Positions 1-10,157 are shown, counted from the first letter of the stretch. The stretch is 50,635 nt of DNA from Alphaproteobacteria bacterium (GCA_043763155.1 JAYULW010000046.1:1-50635), one strand, 5' to 3'. Made by a program: numbers and translations. The notes: generated from the sequence alone by a model not told the origin.

Positions 1-2634
1 CAGACGCGCTACCGGCACGCGGTAGGGGGAGCAGGAGACGTAATCGAGGCCGGCTTTCTGGCAGAAGGCGATGGAGGCAGGGTCGCCGCCGTGTTCGCCG
101 CAGATGCCGAGTTTCAGGCTTGGCTTTACCTTGCGGCCACGCTCGACGGCAATGCCGATAAGTTCGCCGACACCGGACTGGTCAATGGAGACGAAGGGGT
201 CTTGTTCCACGATGCCTTGCTTCTTATAGGCTTCGATGAAGCTGGCGGAATCGTCGCGGCTGATGCCGAGGGTGGTTTGCGTAAGGTCGTTGGTGCCGAA
301 GGAGAAGAACTCAGCAGACGCTGCAATATCGCCCGCGCGAAGGGCTGCGCGGGGCAGCTCGATCATGGTGCCTACCATGTAGGTAATTTTCGTACCCGTG
401 GCGGCCATGACGTCGGTGGCTACTTTGTCAATCAGGGCTTTCAGGATTTCGAGTTCCTTGGGCATCATGACCAGCGGCACCATGATTTCGGGCACGATGG
501 ATTGCTTCTTGTTTTTGATGAGGTCGGCGGCGGCTTCAAAGATTGCTTTGGCCTGCATCTCATAGATTTCGGGGTAGGTGATGCCGAGGCGGCAGCCACG
601 GTGGCCGAGCATGGGGTTTTGCTCTTTCAGCTCATGCGCACGGTGGCGCACTACGTCTACGCTTACGCCCGCGGCCTGTGCCACCTGCTTGATGTCTTCT
701 TCGGTGTGAGGGAGGAATTCGTGCAATGGCGGGTCGAGCAGGCGGATGGTGACGGGCAGGCCTTCCATGATGCTAAACAATTCCGTGAAATCGTTGCGCT
801 GCATGGGGAGGAGTTTTGCGAGTGCGGTTTTGCGGCCTTCGACCGTTTGCGACACAATCATTTCGCGCATGGCGATGATGCGTTCGGCGTCGAAGAACAT
901 ATGTTCGGTGCGGCACAGGCCAATGCCTTCGGCACCGAAACGACGGGCGGTCTGCGCGTCTGCGGGGGTTTCGGCGTTGGTGCGGACTTTGAGCTTGCGG
1001 AATTCGTCGGCCCAGCTCATGAGGGTTTCGAAATCGCCGGAGAGCTTGGGCTGCACGGTGGGGATTTCGCCCAGCATGACTTCGCCGGTGGAGCCGTTGA
1101 GCGTGATGATGTCGCCTTCTTTGATGGTGTGGCCCGCGACCTTCATGGTTTTGGCCTTGGTATCAATGCGGATTTCGCCTGCGCCGGACACGCAGGGCTT
1201 GCCCATGCCGCGAGCAACCACTGCGGCGTGGGACGTCATGCCGCCACGCGCGGTTAAAATGCCTTGGGCGACATGCATGCCGTGGATGTCTTCGGGGGAG
1301 GTTTCGATGCGCACCAGCACCACTTTTTCGCGGTGTTCGATGGCCATTTTTTCGGCGTCTTCAGCGGTGAAAACCACTTTGCCGCTGGCTGCACCGGGGG
1401 ATGCGGGCAGGCCGGTGGTGAGCATGGTTTTTTGCGCTTTGGGGTCGAGGGTGGGGTGCAGGAGCTGGTCGAGCGACAGGGGGTCAATCCGCGAAAGCGC
1501 GGATTTTTTATCAATCAGTTTTTCATTCACCATGTCTATGGCGATTTTTACGGCGGCGGCGGCGGTGCGTTTGCCGTTGCGGGTTTGCAGCATCCACAGC
1601 TTGTCGTTCTGGATGGTGAATTCGATGTCCTGCATGTCGCGGTAGTGGGCTTCGAGCTTGTCGAATACGGCCGTGAGTTGCTTGTATACGACGGGCATGA
1701 CCTTGGGCATTTCGTCGAGCGGCACAGGCGTGCGGATACCGGCTACCACGTCTTCGCCCTGGGCGTTTACTAAGAATTCGCCGTAGTATTTATGTTCGCC
1801 GGTGCTGGGGTTGCGGGTGAAGGCAACGCCGGTTGCGCAATCGTCGCCCATGTTGCCGAACACCATGGACTGTACGGTGACTGCGGTGCCCCAGGATTCG
1901 GGGATGTCGTGGAGGCGGCGATAGTAGGTTGCGCGGTCGTTCATCCAAGAGTTGAACACGGCCATGATTGCGCCCCAGAGCTGCTCATGCACATCTTCGG
2001 GGAAGGGGCGGCCAAGTTCTGCGGCTACGATTTCTTTGTACTGGGCGACGAGTTCTTTGAGGTCTTCTGCCGTTAAATCGGTGTCGAGTTCGATGTTGCG
2101 GTCGTTCTTTTTCTGTTCCAGCAATTCTTCGAAATGGTAGTGGTCGAGGTTCAGCACTACGTCGGAATACATCTGGATGAAGCGGCGGTAGGAATCATAC
2201 GCGAAGCGTTCGTTGCCGGTTTTTGCGGCGAGTGCTTTGGCGGTGGCGTCGTTAAGCCCTAAGTTTAACACCGTGTCCATCATGCCGGGCATGGAGGCGC
2301 GGGCGCCGGAGCGCACCGAGAGAAGGAGGGGGTTGGTGGCGTCACCGAATTTAGGGCCTGCTTTGGATTCGACGTATTTTACGGCTGCTGCCACCTGTTC
2401 TTCAAGGCCAGCGGGGAGCTTTTTGCCGCCAGCGTAATAGCCCACGCAGACTTCGGTGGTGATGGTGAAGCCCGGAGGCACGGGAAGGCCCAAGGAACAC
2501 ATTTCCGCGAGGTTTGCGCCCTTGCCGCCGAGCAGGTTCTTCATGTCGGCTTTGCCCTCGGCTGCGCCGTCGCCAAAGGTGTATACCAGCTTGGATGCGA
2601 GTTCGGGTTTGGTCTGTGCGTTGGTCTTGGTCAT
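1..2634 (-). CDS. ppdK: Pyruvate, phosphate dikinase (3' end truncated by the window edge)
   Basis: Not in the ORF track, so translated manually. Starts MTKTNAQTKPELASKLVYTFGDGAAEGKADMKNLLGGKGANLAEM (ATG at 2634, AGGAG RBS upstream). Contains the phospho-His motif GGMTSHAAVVAR (~1210-1250) and the C-terminal LDYVSCSPYRVPVARL at the edge. Confidence 0.97.
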   Translation of the reverse strand, partial: MTKTNAQTKPELASKLVYTFGDGAAEGKADMKNLLGGKGANLAEMCSLGLPVPPGFTITTEVCVGYYAGGKKLPAGLEEQVAAAVKYVESKAGPKFGDATNPLLLSVRSGARASMPGMMDTVLNLGLNDATAKALAAKTGNERFAYDSYRRFIQMYSDVVLNLDHYHFEELLEQKKNDRNIELDTDLTAEDLKELVAQYKEIVAAELGRPFPEDVHEQLWGAIMAVFNSWMNDRATYYRRLHDIPESWGTAVTVQSMVFGNMGDDCATGVAFTRNPSTGEHKYYGEFLVNAQGEDVVAGIRTPVPLDEMPKVMPVVYKQLTAVFDKLEAHYRDMQDIEFTIQNDKLWMLQTRNGKRTAAAAVKIAIDMVNEKLIDKKSALSRIDPLSLDQLLHPTLDPKAQKTMLTTGLPASPGAASGKVVFTAEDAEKMAIEHREKVVLVRIETSPEDIHGMHVAQGILTARGGMTSHAAVVARGMGKPCVSGAGEIRIDTKAKTMKVAGHTIKEGDIITLNGSTGEVMLGEIPTVQPKLSGDFETLMSWADEFRKLKVRTNAETPADAQTARRFGAEGIGLCRTEHMFFDAERIIAMREMIVSQTVEGRKTALAKLLPMQRNDFTELFSIMEGLPVTIRLLDPPLHEFLPHTEEDIKQVAQAAGVSVDVVRHRAHELKEQNPMLGHRGCRLGITYPEIYEMQAKAIFEAAADLIKNKKQSIVPEIMVPLVMMPKELEILKALIDKVATDVMAATGTKITYMVGTMIELPRAALRAGDIAASAEFFSFGTNDLTQTTLGISRDDSASFIEAYKKQGIVEQDPFVSIDQSGVGELIGIAVERGRKVKPSLKLGICGEHGGDPASIAFCQKAGLDYVSCSPYRVPVARL

Positions 2635-2646
2635 AGTGTCTCCTGT

Positions 2647-4803
2647 TTATCCTTCAATACTCGCGAAGCTGGCCAGCTTGTCCATGCTGCCACGGATGGT
2701 GGCGAGCAGGCGCAGGCGGGTTTCGCGGGTGTGTTTGTCGTCGGTGTTAACCATTAAATTGGTAAAGAATGTGTCCACGGGGGCGCGGAGTGCGGCGAGG
2801 CGCTGGAGAGCATCGGCGAATTTTTCCTGCGCCAGCAGGGTGGTGATTTCAGGTTCCAAAGCGGCCAGCAGTTTTTGCAGGGCCTGCTCTTCTGGGGTGT
2901 GGAATGATTCCGCAAGCAATGTTATCGAAGCGTAGGAATCGTAATTCTTTTTGTCTTTCTTTTCTTCGGCGGAGAGAATGCCGGAGGCGCGAACATATCC
3001 GGCGAGTAAGTTCTTGCCGTCGGCGCTTTCGAGGAAGTCTTGCAGGGCGCGGGCGCGGGTGACAATTCTTAACAAATCGTCGTCGCCATTGGCGATGACG
3101 GCGTTGATGACGTCGTGGCGGATGCCTTGGTCTTTGAGTTGGATTTTGAGGCGGTCAATGAAGAAGTCTTGCAGGATGGTGGCAAGGTTTTCAGGGACGG
3201 CGGTGCTTAAATCCTGATGGGCGGTTTCGTTTACGGTGAGGTATATGCCGACCTTGTGTTCGGTGCTGTGCTGGAGGCTGGCGGCGGTTTGCTGGGCGAG
3301 CTTGCCGTGGGCCTGGCGCAGGGCGATGCTTTGGGTGGGGCACAGCGCAAACAGGCCGCCGAGCGGCAAGCGCAGCTTGTTATCGAGGATGATGCGGATG
3401 ATGCCCAGCGCGGAACGGCGGAGCGCAAAGGGGTCTTTGCTGCCCGTGGGTTTTTCACCGATGGCGAACATGCTGATAAGGGTGTCGAGTTTATCGGCAA
3501 GGGCCACGCAGATGGCGGTTTTTTCGGTGGGTACGGCATCGGACGGGCCTTGGGGTTTGTAGTGGTCGCGGATGGCGTCGGCGACGGATGCGTCTTCTTT
3601 GGCGGCCACGGCATAGTAGCGGCCCATGACGCCCTGGAGTTCGGGGAATTCGCCGACCATGCCCGTTACCAAATCGGCTTTGGCGAGGGTTGCGGCTTTG
3701 GCGACTTTGGTTTTGTCGGCGCCGATAGTTCCGGCGATGGCGTCGGCCATGGTGGCGATGCGGGATACTTTGTCGGCGATGGTGCCGAGTTTGGCGTGGA
3801 AGGTGACGGTTTCTAAGCCCTTGGCCCAATCGGCGAGGGATTTTTTGCGGTCCTGGTCCCAGAAGAAGCGGCCATCGGCGAGGCGGGCGCGAAGGACGCG
3901 CTCGTTGCCGGCGATGATTGCCTTGCCGTTGTCGGTTGCGGTGATGTTGGCGGTGATGAGGAATTTGTTGGCCAAGGAACCGTCGGCGTTTTCGAGGGCG
4001 AAATATTTCTGGTGGGCGCGCATTTCGGAGACGAGGACTTCCTTCGGCAAATCCATGTATTTGGCGTCAATGGTGCCGGTTAAGGACACGGGATATTCGA
4101 CGAGGCCGGTGACTTCTTCGAGGAGGCCTTCGTCGGCTTTCAGGGTGAGGTTTGCGGCGTGTGCGGCTTTGGTGGATTGCTCAAGGATGTTGGCTTTGCG
4201 GCGCTCGCGGTTTGCGATGACGAAGGCTTTTTCGAGGGCGGGTTCGTATTCTGCGGGGTTGTTCACCGTGATGCTTTGGGGCGCGAGGAAGCGGTGGCCG
4301 CGCGTGGTGTTAGAAGCCGTGATGCCTGCGAAGGTGACAGGGATTACTTTGCCATCGAACAGGCAGAGGATGCTGTGCAGGGGGCGTACCCAGTTGGTGG
4401 AACCTGCGCCCCAGCGCATGGATTTCGGCCACGGAAACGTTGCCAGCGTTTCTTCGATGCGCTTTTTAAGAATAACGGCAGTTTGAGTACCTTCTTTACG
4501 GACGATAGCAAAATAGGTGCCGTCTTTCTCGGTGAGGTCGGACTGTTGCAGGTTATTCTTTTTGAGGAAGCCCTGGAGGGCGGCTTCGGGGGCGCCGACT
4601 TTGGGGCCTTTGAGTTCGGTTTCGGTGGCGGCTTGTTCAACGGGAATATTTCTTATCCATAAGCCTATGCGGCGAGGCGTAACATAGCCTGTGTTGTCGG
4701 TGTATTCATAGCCCGCTACGTATTTTGTTAAATAATAAAGGGCATCCGCTTGCATGCGGGCGGGGATTTCTTCGGAGAAGAGTTCGAGAAGCAGGTCGGC
4801 CAT
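2647..4803 (-). CDS. glyS: Glycine--tRNA ligase beta subunit
   Basis: LLLELFSEEIPARMQ, TPRR, WPKSMRWG, WVRP, MVGEFPELQG, PTGSKDPFALRR motifs; 718 aa. Confidence 0.97.
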   Translation of the reverse strand: MADLLLELFSEEIPARMQADALYYLTKYVAGYEYTDNTGYVTPRRIGLWIRNIPVEQAATETELKGPKVGAPEAALQGFLKKNNLQQSDLTEKDGTYFAIVRKEGTQTAVILKKRIEETLATFPWPKSMRWGAGSTNWVRPLHSILCLFDGKVIPVTFAGITASNTTRGHRFLAPQSITVNNPAEYEPALEKAFVIANRERRKANILEQSTKAAHAANLTLKADEGLLEEVTGLVEYPVSLTGTIDAKYMDLPKEVLVSEMRAHQKYFALENADGSLANKFLITANITATDNGKAIIAGNERVLRARLADGRFFWDQDRKKSLADWAKGLETVTFHAKLGTIADKVSRIATMADAIAGTIGADKTKVAKAATLAKADLVTGMVGEFPELQGVMGRYYAVAAKEDASVADAIRDHYKPQGPSDAVPTEKTAICVALADKLDTLISMFAIGEKPTGSKDPFALRRSALGIIRIILDNKLRLPLGGLFALCPTQSIALRQAHGKLAQQTAASLQHSTEHKVGIYLTVNETAHQDLSTAVPENLATILQDFFIDRLKIQLKDQGIRHDVINAVIANGDDDLLRIVTRARALQDFLESADGKNLLAGYVRASGILSAEEKKDKKNYDSYASITLLAESFHTPEEQALQKLLAALEPEITTLLAQEKFADALQRLAALRAPVDTFFTNLMVNTDDKHTRETRLRLLATIRGSMDKLASFASIEG

Positions 4804-5177
4804 TATTCTTCGATGTCCTTGTGCAGCTCTGTGGTGATGTTGTTGTCCTTGTCGAGGATGAGGACGGTGGGCTTGTGGGCGCGGGCTTCTTTTGCGTCCA
4901 TCTGGGCGTAGGCGATGACGATGACGACGTCGCCGGGGGCAGCCAAATGGGCGGCGGCGCCGTAGATGCCGAAGCGCTTGGAGCCTGCGGGTTCGTTGAG
5001 CAGGTAGGTGGTGAAGCGCTTGCCGTTGTTGACGTTCAGCACGTCTATTTGCTGGCCTTCGATGAGGCCTGCCTGTTCGAGGTAGGTGCGGTCAATGCCC
5101 ATGGAGCCGTTATAGTGCAGCTCGCTGTGGGTGATGGTGGCGCGGTGGAGTTTGGCTTGCATCATGGTGATTAGCAT
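4803..5177 (-). CDS. panD: Aspartate 1-decarboxylase (pyruvoyl proenzyme)
   Basis: K9, H11, G24-S25 cleavage site, R54, T57-Y58 and GAAA all fall at E. coli numbering; 124 aa. Confidence 0.93.
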   Translation of the reverse strand: MLITMMQAKLHRATITHSELHYNGSMGIDRTYLEQAGLIEGQQIDVLNVNNGKRFTTYLLNEPAGSKRFGIYGAAAHLAAPGDVVIVIAYAQMDAKEARAHKPTVLILDKDNNITTELHKDIEE

Positions 5178-6007
5178 GCGGCTTTTTCCTTAGTCTTGGT
5201 CGTGCTGCCTTTGAGGGTGGTGACGCTGTGGCCGGAGATAAGGGTGCGGGGGCCTTTGAGCGTTACGTCCAGCACGCCGCGGCCTTTGCTGGCTTGAAAG
5301 GCGTGGAAGGTGTCTTTGCCGAGGCGCTTGGCCCAGTAGGGGGCGAGGGTGCAGTGGGCGGAGCCGGTGACGGGGTCTTCGTCAATGCCCACCGGCGGGC
5401 CGAAATAGCGGGAGGCGAAATCGAAGCCTTCGGGAACGTTTTTGGCGGTGGTGACGATGACGCCCTGGGCGTCCATCTTGCCGAGTTTTTTGAAGTTGGG
5501 CATGAGGGAGATGAGGGTTGCGTAGTCAGCGACTTCGACGATGTAGTTGTCGCGGCTGAGTTCGCAAGTGGTGAGTTTTGCGCCGAGGGCAGCGAGTGCT
5601 GCGTGGGCTTTGGCGGGTTCGCTTTCGAGGGTGGGGAAGTCGAGTTCTACGGCACCGTTATCCAGCAGGCGGGCGGTGAGTTCGCCGCTCATGGTGTGGT
5701 AGGTTACCGTCTCGCCTTTTTTGAGTTTGCCCATTTGAGCGAGGACGTGGGTGGTGGCGAGGGTTGCGTGGCCGCAGAGGTTGACTTCGACTTCGGGGGT
5801 GAACCAGCGGAGGTCGTAGTTGCGCAGGGATTTTTCGACGGCGAAGGCGGTTTCGGAGAGCTGCATGGAGAGAGCGGTGAGCTGCATGACGTCGCGCTCA
5901 GGGTAGGCTTCCAAAATGCACACGCCAGCGGCGTTGCCCATGAAGGGTTTGGAGGTGAAGGCGTCCACTATCCAGATGGTTTCGGGGCTGATGACTTTTT
6001 GTTTCAT
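5171..6007 (-). CDS. PhzF-family isomerase/epimerase-like protein
   Basis: [46 protein letters not shown]. Confidence 0.93.
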   Translation of the reverse strand: MKQKVISPETIWIVDAFTSKPFMGNAAGVCILEAYPERDVMQLTALSMQLSETAFAVEKSLRNYDLRWFTPEVEVNLCGHATLATTHVLAQMGKLKKGETVTYHTMSGELTARLLDNGAVELDFPTLESEPAKAHAALAALGAKLTTCELSRDNYIVEVADYATLISLMPNFKKLGKMDAQGVIVTTAKNVPEGFDFASRYFGPPVGIDEDPVTGSAHCTLAPYWAKRLGKDTFHAFQASKGRGVLDVTLKGPRTLISGHSVTTLKGSTTKTKEKAAC

Positions 6008-6873
6008 GCGGCCTCCCCACTTTTATTTTCTTTGGTTACCCATGTTTCGCAGCATGCTTTGGCGAGGGCGCGGACGCGGCCGATGTAGCTGGCGCGTTCG
6101 GTTACCGAGATAACGCCGCGGGCGTCCAGCAAATTGAAGAAGTGGCTGGCTTTGATGCATTGGTCGTACGCAGGCAAAGGCAGGTGCTTTTCGATGAGGG
6201 CGTTGCACTCGGCTTCGGCGTTGGTGAAATGTTCGAGCAGCTTTGCGGTGTTGGCGAATTCGAGATTATACGCCGAGAATTCTTTTTCGTTTTGCAGGAA
6301 CACATCGCCGTAGGTGACCCCTTGGCCGTTGAAGTCGAGGTCGTACACGTTTTCCTTGCCCTGGATGTACATGGCGAGGCGCTCTAAGCCGTAGGTGATT
6401 TCACCGGACACGGGGCTGCATTCGATGCCGCCGACTTGCTGGAAGTAGGTGAACTGGGTGACTTCCATGCCGTCGCACCATACTTCCCAGCCCAAGCCCC
6501 ATGCACCGAGGGTGGGGGATTCCCAGTCGTCTTCGACGAAGCGGATGTCGTGGGCGTTGGTGTCAATGCCGATTTTGCGCAAGGATTCGAGGTAGAGTTC
6601 CTGCAGGTTTTCGGGCGAGGGTTTTAAGATGACCTGATATTGGTAATAATGCTGGAGGCGGTTGGGGTTTTCGCCGTAGCGGCCATCCTTCGGACGGCGG
6701 GAGGGCTGGACGTAGGCGGCTTTCCACGGCTTGGGGCCGAGGGCGCGCAACGCAGTTGCGGGATGAAACGTGCCTGCGCCCACTTCCATGTCGTAGGGTT
6801 GCAAGATGATGCAGCCTTGCTCGGCCCAGAACTGGTGCAGGGTGAGGATGAGTTGTTGGAATGCTAGTGCCAC
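6004..6873 (-). CDS. glyQ: Glycine--tRNA ligase alpha subunit
   Basis: [52 protein letters not shown]; GTG start. Confidence 0.98.
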   Translation of the reverse strand: MALAFQQLILTLHQFWAEQGCIILQPYDMEVGAGTFHPATALRALGPKPWKAAYVQPSRRPKDGRYGENPNRLQHYYQYQVILKPSPENLQELYLESLRKIGIDTNAHDIRFVEDDWESPTLGAWGLGWEVWCDGMEVTQFTYFQQVGGIECSPVSGEITYGLERLAMYIQGKENVYDLDFNGQGVTYGDVFLQNEKEFSAYNLEFANTAKLLEHFTNAEAECNALIEKHLPLPAYDQCIKASHFFNLLDARGVISVTERASYIGRVRALAKACCETWVTKENKSGEAA

Positions 6874-6967
6874 TATTGCCCGCTCTAATCGTTAAGAGGC
6901 GGCAATAGTAGCGATTTTGCGGTGCGTTTCAAGCCATAAGTAGGGAGAAAAGGCAGGGTTTTTAGGC

Positions 6968-7765
6968 TTAAAAGCCGCGTAAAGACTTCTTTGCCTGCGG
7001 GTCAACGATGCCGATGGAGAAATCCACGCCTATCTTGGCATATTCAGGGATAATCAGGTAGTCGCCGGGCTTTTGCAGGGGGGTGATTTTGGGGAAGGGC
7101 TTGATGTCGAGGGCGACGGTGTGGTAGCCCCGCTGGTTAAGTGTATGTGAAATATCGCTTTCTGTGGATTCGAGGTTTAAGGTGTCGAGGTCGCGGAGAT
7201 GGCCATTGCCCACCAGAAAGGTTGCGAAAAAGGGGGTGTCGCCGGGGAAATTCGCATCCAGATGGTCGGCGATGGTTTTGCCCATGACCTTATTCGAGCT
7301 GGCGACGCGGTCAATGGCGCGTCCGGTGTGGATGTCGCGGATGGATTTCATGAGCGGGTCGGAGGCGGGGACGTGATTATCTTCAAGGCGCTCGATGGCG
7401 CGGGTGGTGAGCAACAGTTTCTGGCCGTGATTGCTTATCTCGTCAACGAAAACGGCATGTTTAGGCACGAGCATGGTTTCGGTGGTGACGATTTGCTGTT
7501 CGGTGGGTTTGCGCCAGAGGCGGCGTTTGCGCATTTCGGCGAGTTTCTGGGCGCGCATGCCGCGGTCGTCCGGGTCGCCTGTGGGGTTTTTTGAGCGGTT
7601 GGGGGATTCGAAAAACCCGACATCTGCGTCTTTGGCCATGGTTTTGTAGAGTTTGCGGGTTTCGACGGAATCGTGGCGCTCGCCGATGAGCAGGACGAGG
7701 CGCGGGTGGTTTTTGCGTAAATCCGCAACGAGATGTTCGATGGTGTCGGTGCGCTCATGTTTCAT
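6968..7765 (-). CDS. Hypothetical protein with TraB/GumN/Tiki (EreA/ChaN superfamily)-like motifs
   Basis: Likely start is M28 of the 292-aa ORF (MKHERT). Motifs LLIGERH, FFES, SNKVMGKTIADHL, FLVGNGHL, LNQRGYHTV. No signal peptide. Confidence 0.55.
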   Translation of the reverse strand: MKHERTDTIEHLVADLRKNHPRLVLLIGERHDSVETRKLYKTMAKDADVGFFESPNRSKNPTGDPDDRGMRAQKLAEMRKRRLWRKPTEQQIVTTETMLVPKHAVFVDEISNHGQKLLLTTRAIERLEDNHVPASDPLMKSIRDIHTGRAIDRVASSNKVMGKTIADHLDANFPGDTPFFATFLVGNGHLRDLDTLNLESTESDISHTLNQRGYHTVALDIKPFPKITPLQKPGDYLIIPEYAKIGVDFSIGIVDPQAKKSLRGF

Positions 7766-7949
7766 GGGCGTGCGGGCATTGTGTTTTGCTTTGCAGGGAG
7801 CCGTATGATGAGGCGCGGATTTTTGGCGCGAAGTGCCGCGATACACTGGCCAATACCCTGCTGCGGTGCCATTTCCATGCTTTTTTATAGCATGAAAAGG
7901 GTTAATAAAGGCGCAAAACTGGTAATGCCACGGTGGGGCCGTGCAAGAT

Positions 7950-7962
7950 TAAGTGATTGATA
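7950..7962. promoter_or_regulatory. IHF-like binding site
   Basis: TAAGTGATTGATA matches the reverse complement of the IHF consensus WATCAANNNNTTR. It lies in the AT-rich gap between aspS and the hypothetical gene. Confidence 0.35.
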
Positions 7963-7972
7963 TTAATGATTG

Positions 7973-9811
7973 CTAGGCGACCTTGGCCTTCTCGGTTTCC
8001 TCGGCCAGCAGCTGCTTGGCTTTGGGGGAGAGTTGTAGGTGGAGTTCGCGCAGTTGTTTGTCTTCTGCGACGTTGGGTGCCTGCATCAGCAAATCTTCGG
8101 CTTTCTGGTTCATGGGGAAGCAGATAACTTCGCGGATATTCGGCTCGTCGGCGAGCAGCATGACCATGCGGTCAACGCCCGGAGCGAGGCCGCCATGCGG
8201 GGGCGCGCCGAATTTGAAGGCCGAAATCATTCCACCGAATTTATTGTCCACGACTTCGGGGCCGTAGCCTGCGATTTCGAAGGCTTTATACATGAGTTCG
8301 GGCTTGTGGTTTCGGATGGCGCCGGAGGAGAGTTCCACGCCGTTGCACACGATGTCGTACTGGTACGCCAAGATGTCGAGCGGGTTTTTGGTAAGCAGCG
8401 CTTCCATGCCGCCCTGGGGCATAGAGAAGGGGTTGTGGGAGAAGATGATTTTCTTTTCGTCTTCGTCATATTCAAAATACGGGAAGTCCACGACCCAGAG
8501 GAATTTGAACACGCCTTGTTCCAGCAGGTTCAGCTCGGTGCCGAGATGGTTGCGCACCTGGCCTGCCAACTTGGCGGCGGCGAGTTCGGTGCCGGAGGAG
8601 AAGAACACGGCGTCGCCGGGCGCGAGGCGCGCAGTGGTTACGAGTTTAGCCAATGCTTCGGGCGATAAGAATTTCACCAGCGGGCCGCCGAATGCTTCAG
8701 GTGCGGTGCCGGGGCCTTTGTAGGTGATGTATGCCAAGCCTTGGGCACCCATGGATTTGGCGAATTCAATCATGTTGTCGAAGAAGGAGCGGGGTTTATC
8801 GGCGCAACCGGGGGCGGGGCAGGCGCGGATGACGCCGCCTGCTTCAATCACCTTGTTGAAAATGCCGAAGCCGGAGCCGCGCCATACGTCGGTTACGTCG
8901 GCCAATAAGATGGGATTACGGAGGTCGGGTTTGTCGGAGCCGTAGGTGAGCATGGCGTCTTTGTAGGTGATGCGGGGGAAGCCTTTTTCGAGTGTGGCGG
9001 GCACGCATTTTTTGGTGCCGAATTCGGCGAATACGCCGTGCAGCACGGGCTCGATAGCGGCGAAGACGTCTTCTTGGGTTACGAAGCTCATTTCGATGTC
9101 GAGCTGGTAGAACTCGCCGGGGCTGCGGTCGGCGCGGCCATCTTCGTCGCGGAAGCAGGGAGCGATTTGGAAATATTTATCGAAGCCGGAGACCATGAGC
9201 AATTGCTTGAACTGCTGGGGGGCTTGGGGGAGGGCGTAGAATTTGCCGGGGTGGATGCGCGAGGGGACGAGATAATCGCGCGCGCCTTCGGGGCTGGAGG
9301 CGGTGAGGATGGGGGTTTGGAATTCGTTGAAGCCCTGGTCAATCATGCGCTTGCGCAAGGATGCAATGACCTTGGAGCGCAGCATGATGTTCTGGTGAAG
9401 CTTTTCGCGGCGCAAATCGAGGAAGCGGTATTTAAGGCGGGTTTCTTCGGGTTGTTCGCGGTCGGAGTTTACCTGAATCGGCAGCGGTTCGGCGGCGGAT
9501 TCGAGGTGGAATTCGGTGAGCTGTACTTCGATTTCGCCGGTGGCCAGATCCTTATTGGTGGTTTCGGCGGTGCGGGCTACGACTTTGCCGGTGATGGTGA
9601 TGACGCTTTCGAGCTTGGTTGCGTTCAGGCCATCGAAATGAGCGGTGCCTTCGGTGGCGACGAGCTGGGTGATGCCGTAATGGTCGCGCAGATCCACGAA
9701 TAATAACGTGCCATGGTCGCGCTTGCGATGCACCCAGCCGGAGAGGCGAACGGTTTGGCCGACGGCGGCAGATGTGAGGGCGGCGCAGTTGTGGGTGCGG
9801 AAGGCGTGCAT
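7973..9811 (-). CDS. aspS: Aspartate--tRNA(Asp/Asn) ligase, probably non-discriminating
   Basis: RTHNC, HRKRDHG (His typical of ND-AspRS), [29 protein letters not shown] insertion domain. Confidence 0.97.
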   Translation of the reverse strand: MHAFRTHNCAALTSAAVGQTVRLSGWVHRKRDHGTLLFVDLRDHYGITQLVATEGTAHFDGLNATKLESVITITGKVVARTAETTNKDLATGEIEVQLTEFHLESAAEPLPIQVNSDREQPEETRLKYRFLDLRREKLHQNIMLRSKVIASLRKRMIDQGFNEFQTPILTASSPEGARDYLVPSRIHPGKFYALPQAPQQFKQLLMVSGFDKYFQIAPCFRDEDGRADRSPGEFYQLDIEMSFVTQEDVFAAIEPVLHGVFAEFGTKKCVPATLEKGFPRITYKDAMLTYGSDKPDLRNPILLADVTDVWRGSGFGIFNKVIEAGGVIRACPAPGCADKPRSFFDNMIEFAKSMGAQGLAYITYKGPGTAPEAFGGPLVKFLSPEALAKLVTTARLAPGDAVFFSSGTELAAAKLAGQVRNHLGTELNLLEQGVFKFLWVVDFPYFEYDEDEKKIIFSHNPFSMPQGGMEALLTKNPLDILAYQYDIVCNGVELSSGAIRNHKPELMYKAFEIAGYGPEVVDNKFGGMISAFKFGAPPHGGLAPGVDRMVMLLADEPNIREVICFPMNQKAEDLLMQAPNVAEDKQLRELHLQLSPKAKQLLAEETEKAKVA

Positions 9812-9888
9812 GGTTTGGGTCCTTAAATGGCTCGGAAACCTACCCCTTTACCCGGTTTTGGGGCGGAACGCAAGGTTCGGGCGGGCGA

Positions 9889-10156
9889 TTAGGCGGGGGA
9901 GTGGAAAAATACCACGAAAAGCATGGCCCCGGCCATGAAACAGAGGAGGATGCCGACTAAAAAGCCGAAGGCGACGTTGAGCCAGAATTTTTTTGGGTTT
10001 TCGGATTTTAAGTAGCGGTTTTTGCTGATTTTTATTTGTTTTTCGCGCAGGGCGGTGACGCTTTCGTGCAGGGCGCGGCCGCCCGAATCTATCAGGAAAA
10101 TAGGAGAGGGCGACGAGGCCGATGCTGCCCATGATGCCTGAGATGTTGACGGTCAT
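9889..10156 (-). pseudogene. Small two-TM membrane protein interrupted by a +1 frameshift (pseudogene or sequencing error)
   Basis: Removing one base from the A4 run at 10097-10100 gives an 88-aa protein, MTVNISGIMGSIGLVALSYFLIDSGGRALHESVTALREKQIKISKNRYLKSENPKKFWLNVAFGFLVGILLCFMAGAMLFVVFFHSPA, with stop at 9889-9891. It starts 1 nt after the arnC-like stop. Confidence 0.65.
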
Positions 10157-10157
10157 A

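Noticed and set aside
91-2935. Long plus-strand ORFs (388, 299, 169, 159 aa and others)
   Set aside because: Antisense shadows of ppdK/glyS caused by GC-rich codon bias; the minus strand carries the clear family motifs. The same applies to the many antisense ORFs across the window.
9848-10156. 102-aa ORF as an intact gene
   Set aside because: The C-terminal 80 residues are out of frame relative to a much more plausible membrane-protein frame; reported as frameshifted instead.
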